A stretch of DNA of 63,951 bases, filler included, from Octopus bimaculoides (lineage: Eukaryota): NCBI RefSeq assembly GCF_001194135.2. It is 7 parts of 6 records of this genome, joined end to end, with 100 filler letters (N's around TTAATTAATTAA, not from the genome) between each part and the next. Parts side by side here need not be neighbours in the genome. Positions count along the whole stretch, not along the records: positions 52,556 to 56,032 come from NC_068993.1; positions 56,133 to 60,375 come from NC_068994.1; positions 60,476 to 62,704 come from NC_068994.1; positions 62,805 to 63,951 come from NW_026436912.1; 3 more parts are not named here. One strand, given 5' to 3'. A program made the position numbers and the translations under genes. Of the stretch, positions 53,701 through 63,951 are shown piece after piece. The notes beneath the pieces are model-generated. The model made no database searches, was not told where the DNA came from, and saw only the letters and a list, made by a program, of their open reading frames with translations. Each line of letters opens with the position of its first letter. Position 1 is the first letter of the stretch.

Positions 53701-54342
53701 AGGTAGGTAGGTAGGTAGGTAGGTAGGTAGACGAACAGGTAAATCCGTATGTGTAGATTAGTGATGACTAAATTTTACCTATGTGGTTTCTTTTGCGGCC
53801 AGCTGCCCACATTAATTATATATATACGTGTGAGTGTGTGTGCGTGTGTGTACATATATACTTACACACACACACATATATATATAATTGCTCTACTACC
53901 ACGTATACAATTCTATAACTAACAAGTGCATATGTAGTAATCCGTCTCGCCATCCACACATTCTTACATTCGTGCCTACATCCATCCATACATTCGTGTC
54001 TCTCTTACACGATCTTATTCGATTCAACAGAACAATTCGAAACTTCCATAACAAAAGAAGCTGGGTTATATTAGATTCGATGTATTTCCCACACTTCCGG
54101 TTTAATTTTTTATAATGATGCATATTATAAGAGGAAGTAATTTCCAAAGCTATGCCTCGTGTTACCTTCATGTACGTAGTGTTAACCTTTTTTCTTTATG
54201 ACAGAGTGCAAATGCCCTTTATATAACATTTCTAAATAATAGGAATAAATATGCATACGAATAAACACACGTAAAATATGCATGTATATGCATACATAGA
54301 TATATATGTGTAAGTGTATGCGTATACAGAGATAGATAGATT

Positions 54343-54412
<70 letters not shown>

Positions 54413-55199
54413 CTGACAGATACATACATACGTACATACATAAATACATTATATATATACATATGTCTCACATTTATTCAAGTGCCTATCTCTTATAAGT
54501 CTGTCTATAGCTAGATTTGCATTCGAAATAAGATATGTGTGTGTNNNNNNNNNNNNNNNNNNNNNNNNNNNNNNNNNNNNNNNNNNNNNNNNNNNNNNNN
54601 NNNNNNNNNNNNNNNNNNNNNNNNNNNNNNNNNNNNNNNNNNNNNNNNNNNNNNNNNNNNNNNNNNNNNNNNNNNNNNNNNNNNNNNNNNNNNNNNNNNN
54701 NNNNNNNNNNNNNNNNNNNNNNNNNNNNNNNNNNNNNNNNNNNNNNNNNNNNNNNNNNNNNNNNNNNNNNNNNNNNNNNNNNNNNNNNNNNNNNNNNNNN
54801 NNNNNNNNNNNNNNNNNNNNNNNNNNNNNNNNNNNNNNNNNNNNNNNNNNNNNNNNNNNNNNNNNNNNNNNNNNNNNNNNNNNNNNNNNNNNNNNNNNNN
54901 NNNNNNNNNNNNNNNNNNNNNNNNNNNNNNNNNNNNNNNNNNNNNNNNNNNNNNNNNNNNNNNNNNNNNNNNNNNNNNNNNNNNNNNNNNNNNNNNNNNN
55001 NNNNNNNNNNNNNNNNNNNNNNNNNNNNNNNNNNNNNNNNNNNNNNNNNNNNNNNNNNNNNNNNNNNNNNNNNNNNNNNNNNNNNNNNNNNNNNNNNNNN
55101 NNNNNNNNNNNNNNNNNNNNNNNNNNNNNNNNNNNNNNNNNNNNNNNNNNNNNNNNNNATTGTCATCTAAATTACGCAAAAACGAAAATAACACTGATA

Positions 55200-55790
55200 T
55201 CTCATTTTAACAGATATATTTACCAAAATCAAAATTACTGGCTTCAACCATGGCCTCCAGATGACTTCGGAACCTCCTACCGCGCCTCTGGACCGTCTCC
55301 TTCTTTAAGGTGATGAATGTGGCCATAATTCTTGCCTTCAGTTCATCTTTGGTGTTACAAGGAGCTCTGCTGGTCTCTCGCTCAACTGCGCCCCACATAA
55401 TAATCAAAGAGATTGCAATCTGGAGGGTTAGGTGGCCGGTTTTTAGGGGTGGTGTGTTCGCAGAAATTGTCTGAGGGCCATGACTGGGTTCTCCTGCTTG
55501 TGCGGCATGGTGCAGAATCCTGTTGCCAGACAGAAGGTATTCCAGTAGCCACCCTCTTGAGTCAGGGCACCACTACCTACTCAAGGCACTTGATGTTGGC
55601 CTCCGTATTGAGTCTGAGACCATGTGAGCAGATGAATGGAAGCATAATGTCGCCATCACTAGTGTTCACTTCAAATACCATGAAGTTGACGGGCTGTTTG
55701 ATTTTTATCAATCTCGGTATAAGTTTTGGGGACACGGTAAACCAACGGTTGTTCTATGTGTTCACTATCTGATCCTGGCAGAAATTCTTC
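55200..55790 (-). mobile_element. IS630-Tc1 superfamily transposase remnant
   Basis: Minus-strand fragments VWQQDSAPC and YYVWGAVERETSRAPCNTKDELKARIMA. Confidence 0.75.
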
Positions 55791-56129
55791 TCGTCTGAAA
55801 ATAAAACCAAACCATGTTCGATATAAGGGGATGCTTGAGTTTGTTCAAAACCTTCGTAGCACCGTTTTTCCTCTTAACCTTCATAGCTTGGGATTAAAAT
55901 TAGCCCTCTCTCATGTAAACATACATATGCATGTAAACATACATATATATACATATATACATAAACATATATTTATACATATATATGCATGTACACACCC
56001 AACCCCAACCCCCCCATATATATATATATATANNNNNNNNNNNNNNNNNNNNNNNNNNNNNNNNNNNNNNNNNNNNTTAATTAATTAANNNNNNNNNNNN
56101 NNNNNNNNNNNNNNNNNNNNNNNNNNNNN

Positions 56130-56470
56130 NNNGAGAATTCACAAAAAAAAAGAACAAAAGACGAAGACAGGTGATGTAGACAAGAAACTGATGAATTAGT
56201 ATAACGCTCGGGAAGTGGAAAAGTCTTTAACGTTTCGAGCCTACGCTCTTCCATAGAAAGGAACACAGAAAGAAACACGGAGAGAAAAAAAGAATGTGTA
56301 GTGGCTAGCGATCTATCATGATAGATTGCTAGCCACTACACACACACATATATGTATATATATTGTTTTGGGATTTGGTTTGCAAGATTCTTTATGTGAG
56401 TTCGTGTGTTGAAGCATACTCTGTTGTATCTGAGGAGAGTCCTTTTCTTTTAGTGCCTTATTTATTTATC
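56130..56470. mobile_element. Penelope-like terminal-repeat junction (inverted arms) with degenerate minimal hammerhead
   Basis: 48-bp palindrome at 56295-56342 and a hammerhead-shaped motif at 56225-56260 on the minus strand. The Penelope assignment is inferred from that combination. Confidence 0.5.
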
Positions 56471-56755
56471 TAAAATATATAAATAAGTAAATGAGTGGAA
56501 ATTTTACAGGTGAGTGTGTTAAATTGTATTAAATATTCAGATGATGCTTGTTGTCCTTACTTTAAGTTTCATGAAATTTCGATGAATCAGAAGGACTGGT
56601 TGGCTCATAAGGCAAAACCGTAACGAACTTCTAGATGGCGCCGGAATCTCGCTGTTTCATTGATCGATATGTAATCAGGTGGTTGTGAAGTGAGCTTCTT
56701 AACCATGGAGAGATATATTCGTATGTAGCCATTACAACGATGCTGCTGCTGCGAC

Positions 56756-56840
<85 letters not shown>

Positions 56841-57276
56841 GCAGTCGTCGTGGTTTAAACTCCGAGTTAGCACTGCTTGGGCAGACTTACAATCAAAGGG
56901 TTTTTTTTTCCAATCATGACCATTCCGTTTGTCGTTTTGAATGCACACAGAGCTGCAGTATCCTTTCTTTTGTTTGATATGATAAAGACGGGTGGAGGGG
57001 TAGGTAGATTTGGTCGTTATTTCTAGCAAGTCAAGTTACCATGTAGAATCTCGGTCATTGAACTCGGAAATGACAAAGTTGTTTACAACGACGGCACCAA
57101 GAACAGATTACAGTAACAACATCGCCCCTTGCTTTCGTCGTCATCAGCACCACCACTACTACATCCACCACCACAACAACCACCACCAACACTACAATAA
57201 CAACAGCACAAGTAAAGAAGAAAATAGCGTTAATTGCAGCAGGAGCTGTCAGTTTCTATCACACCACCGCTGCCAA

Positions 57277-57369
<93 letters not shown>

Positions 57370-57462
57370 TACACCACCACTACTATTACTATCACCACCA
57401 CCACTAACACCACCACCACTACCGCTACTACTACTGCTACTGCTACTACTACTACCACCACG

Positions 57463-57524
<62 letters not shown>

Positions 57525-57530
57525 CAGCAC
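57277..57530. repeat. Compound (ACT)/(AAT)/(ACC) microsatellite
   Basis: Directly visible. Confidence 0.9.
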
Positions 57531-57884
57531 CACAGTAACAATAACAACCACAATAACAAGACGACGAACATCAATAGCAGTTATAATAACGGGAGCAAAA
57601 AGTGTAACTGGGTCAAAAGAAACAATGACATCGACAACAACAACAACAACAACAAGCGATGACAACAAAAGCAAGAACTAAAACGACGGCTACGCCAACA
57701 GGGTTAGGCACTAACCGACCAATCACGTGATCCAATTACCAGAACGATTTAAAGGCCTCCTCCTCCTCCCCCCCTCCTCTTAGAATCACAACCGCGATTA
57801 CATTTAGGGCAAAGGCAGTTGAATGTGTGTGCGGTGCGTGGATGTATACACACACACACATATATTATATGTATGATATATATA

Positions 57885-57942
<58 letters not shown>

Positions 57943-58064
57943 CTGTGTGTGTCTGTGCATATATGCGCGCGTGTGTGTGTGTGCATGTGTCTGCGTGTTT
58001 GGTGTGCGTACGCTTCTCAGTGTACGTGTGTGTTTGCGTGCGTATGAGATATACAAACATTCAC

Positions 58065-58099
<35 letters not shown>

Positions 58100-58120
58100 G
58101 AGAGATAGATTGATAGATAA

Positions 58121-58197
<77 letters not shown>

Positions 58198-58704
58198 TAC
58201 CGGAAATAATAGATACCCAGTAATAATATACCCAGTATTCAGAGTGAATATGGTTCTGCATGTGTGTGTGTGTGTGTGTGTGTACACAAACATATGTTAC
58301 ATATATGTGGGTCTCATCATCAACATCATTGTCGGTTGACTCATAAGGCCTCTGTAAGGTTCGTATTTCCCTTAGTGACGGGCCTCAACGGCACCCATAA
58401 CCCAACCGATCTCACCTCTCCTTCTAATCCTCTGTAGTCCCTAATTCCGTGAATCCGTGCCAGTCGATCTCTATTCTGCATCTAACTTTGTAGATCTGTT
58501 CTATCTTGTTCAAGTGATATACCATGCACGCTTCCATTTTCCTTTCTTTATACGTTCTACCGTGTCATGTACTTTTTCTAACAAAACTTTTGACTAAAAT
58601 CTTAAGAAGTACGGAGATGTACTTGCATAGCTAGTGACCTGATCTGAGATCGTGTGCTGGAACGAAAACAATTGCAGCGTGGAAGGTGTTTATAAGCCAA
58701 GAAT

Positions 58705-58776
<72 letters not shown>

Positions 58777-59679
58777 CACGCACACACACACACACACATA
58801 TATATGTATATATACACATTTATGTATGTGTGAGTGCGTGTGTGTTTGATTGTCTATACATACATTAGGTAGTTATTTGGTTACTCTCAGATGTTTCTCA
58901 GTTTAAAGAAATATCCGAAATATTAGCAAACCAGAAGTTGTTTAAATATTTAATTTAGATTAAATTCCTGAAATGTACCTATCAGATTCTTTTAAAACCT
59001 ATCCTATTTATTGCTATGTTATATAGAAAGAAGTTTATATACTATCCTTCATGGAAAATCTTGTATTTTGGGGATTAAATCAACGCCCACTGAAATCATA
59101 GAGATCGTTCTTATCGTATCGAGTTAAACACATATTTCTTTTCACTGACGGATTCGTTACGAAGAGAGAAAGATTTTAATACGCGTTACATTTTGATGTA
59201 GCTCTCGTAAACAGTTGTAAAATTCTTTCTAAGCTGTAAAGCCTGTCAGAAAAAGCAATTTGCAAGAAACACGTAGAATTCTACTTTGTCAAACTAGGTA
59301 AACTTACAGAGGTGTTTTTGCGTTTGGTTTAATAAAAAGTATTATGTCAGTGTAGTTACCAATCCTTTCTAATAGTTGGGTAATTTGTTTGTCAAGAATT
59401 GTAATGGTTTGTCAAATTTATTAGCAATTACGATCGATTCTTTTGTCAATCATTAACTGATATCTTCAGAGATATTTCTCCTGAATAGATTCGAAAGAAA
59501 CGTATGTCATTTTAAAGGCTTCGAGGAAGATATAAAATGTTGTGCAAGTACTCAGGTTCGAGTGCAATGCTTTATGCCTAAGAAAACAGATGTAAGCTAA
59601 AGAAGGTGATTATTTATTGTGCTGAGACAAAATCTAGAGATCTTTTCGCTATGTAATTTGTTTTAATCGTCAGAATTCA

Positions 59680-59795
59680 AAGTGGAAGTGGAAGCTTCAA
59701 TGCAGGAGTTCCTCGCCATGGAGAACAAGAATTGATATAAGCGTTGGAGCAAAGAACTGGCAGAAAGATGGCTTCAGACGGTGTAACACGATGAT
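59680..59795 (+). mobile_element. Mariner transposase C-terminal remnant
   Basis: Reads EFLAMENKN*YKRWSKELAERWLQTV, resembling the mariner C-terminus. Confidence 0.6.
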
Positions 59796-59847
59796 TAAGC
59801 AATAGTAACACGATGATTAAGCAATAGTAACACGATGATTAAGCAAT
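59784..59847. repeat. 22-bp tandem repeat x3 (taacacgatgattaagcaatag)
   Basis: Directly visible; third copy is partial. Confidence 0.9.
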
Positions 59848-60475
59848 TGTCAGTTTAGTCAAGATAGGAAATAGAGAGTGAATGTAGGGATATTGTATTT
59901 GTAAATCCATTGTTTAGGAATAAATTTCATTCAGATATGAAGTCCTATGAGACGTATTCAGATTTTTCCCGTTTCCAGATTCCCAGCGCCGATGAAGATC
60001 GTTATTGGTCATTCACTGTGAGATATAGTGGAGTTTATTTCACCTAGGTTATGCGCATGCGTGTACACATGCAAAGATATATAGGCAGATATGTATGTAT
60101 GTGTGTGTATATATATATATATATATATAAACAATATATGAGTATATGCATATATATGTACATGTATGTATATACGTTCATCCACATGTACATATAGATG
60201 CATAACTGGGTACATGACGTGGCAAAAGAACAAGGACAAAAATGGTAAACAAGGTGCAACAAACAAGCAGGCCACATAGAAACATCCCCTTCATCAGCTG
60301 CCACCATTAAAACTCCGGCGTTTCGAAGAATTAAGGCAGTACGCATCGTTATGAAAGTATATATACACCTATTTANNNNNNNNNNNNNNNNNNNNNNNNN
60401 NNNNNNNNNNNNNNNNNNNTTAATTAATTAANNNNNNNNNNNNNNNNNNNNNNNNNNNNNNNNNNNNNNNNNNNN

Positions 60476-62704
60476 CGTACGATCGTTCGTTCGTTCGTAT
60501 GTACGTTCGTTCCTTCGTACATACGCACGTTCGTTCGTTCGTTCGTTCGTACGTACGTACGTTCGTTCGTTCGATCGTTCGTTCGTACGTACGTACATGC
60601 GTTCTTTCGCTCGTTCGTACGTGCATACATTCGTTCGTTCGTTCGTACATTCGTTCATTCGTTCTTACATACGTACGTACGTTCGTACATACGTACGTAC
60701 TTTCGTTCGTTTGTTCGTTCTTACGTACATACGTTCGGTCGTTCGTTCGTTCGTTTTTGCGTGCTTCCGAGTGTTCGTTCTTTCATTCGTTCGTTCGTTT
60801 TTCCGTGCTTGCCAGTGTTCGTTAGTTCATTCGTTCGTTCGTTAGTTTGTTTGTTCCTTCGTTCATTAGTTCGTTCGTTCGTTAGTACGTTCTTTCGTTC
60901 TTTCGAACGTACGTTCATTTGTTCGTTCTTACGTACGTACGTTCGTTCATTCGTTCGTTCATTCTTTCATACTTACATACGTACGTACGTTCGTTCGTTC
61001 GTACGTACTTTCGCTCGTTCCTTCGTTCATAAGTTCGTTCGTTCGTTCGTATGTACGTTCATGCGTACATTCGTTCGATCGTTCTTACGTACGTAAGTAC
61101 GTACGTACGTGTGTACGTTCGTTCGTATGTACGTACGTTTGTTCGTTTGTTCGTTTGTTGCTTCATTTGTACGTACGTTCTTTAGTACGTTCGTTCGTTC
61201 GTACGTTCGTACGTACGTACATTCGTTCGTTTGTTCGTACTTACGTACCTACGTACGTAGCTTCGTTCGTTCGTTCGTTCATACGTACGTAAGTACGTTC
61301 GTTCATTATTTCGTTCGTTTGCACGTACGTACGTCCGTTCGTTCGTACTACGTACGAAAGAAAGAACGAACGAACGAACAAAGGAATGAACGGACGAACG
61401 TACGTACGATCGTACGAACGAACGAACTAAAGTACCTACGTACGTACGTAGGTATGAACGAACGAAAGAAGGAAGGAACGAACGAACAAATGAATGAAGG
61501 AACGAACGTACGTACGTTCGTACGTACGAACGAACGTACCTATGTAGGTACATACGTACGAACGAACAAATGAACTTACGTACGTACGTACGAATGTACA
61601 TACGTACGAACGTTCGTACGTACGAACGAACGACCAAACGAATGAACGAAAGAACAAATGAATGAACGAACGAACGAACGAACGTACGTACGAACATGCG
61701 AACGAACGAACGAACGATCGCACGTACGAACGAACGCATGAACGTACGAACAGACAAACGAACGAACATAAGTACGTACGTACGTACGTACGAACTAACG
61801 AAAGAACACACGTACGTACGAACGAACGAACGAACGTAAGTACGTACAAAAGAACGAACGAACGTACGTACGTAAGTACATACATACGTACGTACGAACG
61901 TACGTACGTAAGTACATACATACGTACGTACGAACGAACGAACGAACATATGTACGTTCGTACGCAGAAACGAACGAACGACGAACGTACGTACGAACGA
62001 TAGAACGAACAAACGAAAGAACGAACGTAAGTACGTACAAAAGAACGAACGAACGTACGTACGAATGAACGAACGAACGTAAGTACGTACCAAAGAACGA
62101 ACGAACGAACGTACGTACGAATGAACGAACGAACGTAAGTACGTACCAAAGAACGAACGAACGAACGTACGTACGTACGTACGTACGAATGAACGAACGA
62201 ACGAACGGATGTACGTACGTACGAACGAACGAACGTACGTACTTACGAATTAACGAACGAACGAACGAAGGATATTACGTACGTATGTAGGTACGTTTGA
62301 ACGAATTAACGAACGTACTTACGTACGTACGAAGGAACGAACGATCGATCGTACGTACGAACGACCGAACGAACGTACGTACGTACGAAGGAAAGAAGGA
62401 ACGTACGTACGTACGAAGGAAAGAAGGAACGTACGTACGTACGTACGTAAGTACATACGTACGAACGAATGGAGATCGATGAAATGCCCCCCCCCCCGTA
62501 ACATAGCGTTCGTTCGTACGTACGTACTTACTTTCGTTCGTTCGTACCTACGTACTATTATTCGTTCGTTCTTTCGTACATACGTACGTACGATCGCTCG
62601 TACGTACGTTCGTTGGTCTGTTCGTACGTACGTGCGTGCGTACGTATGTACGTTCGTTAGTTCGCATGCACACTCGCTCCTTCGTTTGTACTTATGTACG
62701 TATG
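60476..62704. repeat. CpG-rich 4-nt-periodic satellite (TTCG/TACG/AACG) with two polarity switches
   Basis: TTCG-rich to about 61350, CGAA-rich to about 62468, TTCG-rich again after 62508. Confidence 0.9.
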
Positions 62705-62940
62705 NNNNNNNNNNNNNNNNNNNNNNNNNNNNNNNNNNNNNNNNNNNNTTAATTAATTAANNNNNNNNNNNNNNNNNNNNNNNNNNNNNNNNNNNNNNNN
62801 NNNNCTGAAGGAGAGAGAGAGAAATTGTATGTTTGTGAGAGGGAGGGTGAGGAAGAGATACATTTTGTTTGCCAGCAGCTAACAAAAACCAAAGTAAAGA
62901 AAAAGTGGAAGAAGGCACGATTTCTTAACAGTTGTGGTAA

Positions 62941-63030
62941 GCAGCAAACAACAAGCAAAAAGAAAAAAATGCAGCAAACAACAAGCAGAAAGAAAAATAT
63001 GCAGCAAACAACAAGCAAAAAGAAAAAAAT
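62941..63030. repeat. 30-bp tandem repeat x3 (gcagcaaacaacaagcaaaaagaaaaaaat)
   Basis: Directly visible. Confidence 0.85.
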
Positions 63031-63774
63031 ACCTTCTCTCTCTCTCCCTCCCTTACACACACATGCCAGTTCTCTCTCTCCCTCTCTCACACACACAGCA
63101 ACATTACACACAAAACACAAGAGAGATAACTGGCATGTGTGTAAGGGAGGGAGAGAGAGAGAGAAGGTGAGAGATAACTGGCATGTGTGTAAGGGAGGGA
63201 GAGAGATAGAGAGGGAGAGCATGCTCTCTCTATCTCTTTCGCGTTCTTTCCCACTTCCCTAACCCAACACTTTACGGAAACTACCGAATTGATGTAAACA
63301 AACCCATGTGGTCTGAGGTATTGTACCGTAAATCGCCATTTCCAAAATATATTTATTTTAAATCATTTATCCATATATATATATATATGGCAAGATGTGT
63401 GTGTGTACGGGAATATAATTTATGCACGTCCACAAATTAGCACGCATATCGCTCCAATTTTAGGAGGAGATTCGTCATGACCCTAGCTGCATTTCCGTCA
63501 ACTTTTTCTCTCAGAGGCACCCACGTATAACTGTAAAAATCGATTTTCAACCATAACTTTTAACAATTTTCCAGTCTGAGAAAGCTTCGATTTACAAACA
63601 GGAGTTAACTCCCCTTCTAGCGACGTTTTTAAGACTTTTGTTGTGTTATTTTTTTTCCATCGAGGTGTTTTGTTAATATACGAGCAAAACACACACACAC
63701 ATACGAACATGTATGCGTACAAAAAATATGTATGCAATTGGTGTACATACGTGCATGTGTGTATGTGTGTGTTG

Positions 63775-63810
<36 letters not shown>

Positions 63811-63951
63811 TAGATAGATAGATAGATAGGATGATAAATTGAATATTAATTCAATTTAAAACCAAGTGGCCTAGCATATAAAAAATCTGAAAATTCACTG
63901 CTTCCCCCTTCCCAGGCTACAGGCCCACACCCCCAACACCCATACTGTTAG

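Noticed and set aside
57010-57681. 223-aa Thr/Asn-rich ORF as the continuation of the mucin
   Set aside because: Built from pure ACT/AAT/ACC microsatellites, lies two spacers away and has no convincing splice sites.
60250-60345. Minus-strand GAAAC...CTGATGAAG as a type II hammerhead (similar motif at 49275-49325)
   Set aside because: I could not form convincing stems I and III.
60420-62760. Long RSFVRTY/ERTNERT ORFs
   Set aside because: Stop-free translations of a 4-nt-periodic satellite.

Overview
AT-rich, microsatellite- and SINE-dense animal genomic DNA. The repeat landscape suggests a cephalopod, probably an Octopus species; this is an inference. Six identical artificial 100-bp spacers (N44-TTAATTAATTAA-N44) split the window into seven blocks, so adjacency across blocks is unproven. 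Two spliced + strand genes can be reconstructed by hand, and the ORF track shows neither whole. (1) Six exons (26610-43603) encode the middle of a glutamate-cysteine ligase catalytic subunit (GCLC)-family protein. Splice phases chain perfectly and the frame is open, yet several normally invariant glutamate/cysteine-site residues are replaced (DCRW>DSAW, KSRY>KTGF, HPRF>TPYY, MDAMGFGMGNCCLQ>MDTKLFGVCCCVIQ). This points to a paralog with a different substrate or no ligase activity. (2) A three-exon secreted protein (44927 to beyond 52455) has a signal peptide, a truncated AA15-LPMO-like domain lacking the copper histidine brace, five tandem 6-Cys modules, a 71-aa Arg/Ile/Thr block and a long (TTTP)n mucin tract. 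A dead duplicate of its exon 2 lies just upstream of the live copy. The remainder is decayed Tc1/mariner, hAT, RTE and R4/Dong-like fragments, many tRNA-derived SINEs (one carrying a minimal hammerhead-ribozyme motif), a Penelope-like palindromic junction and a 2.2-kb CpG-rich fold-back satellite. No rRNA, true tRNA or CRISPR array is present.
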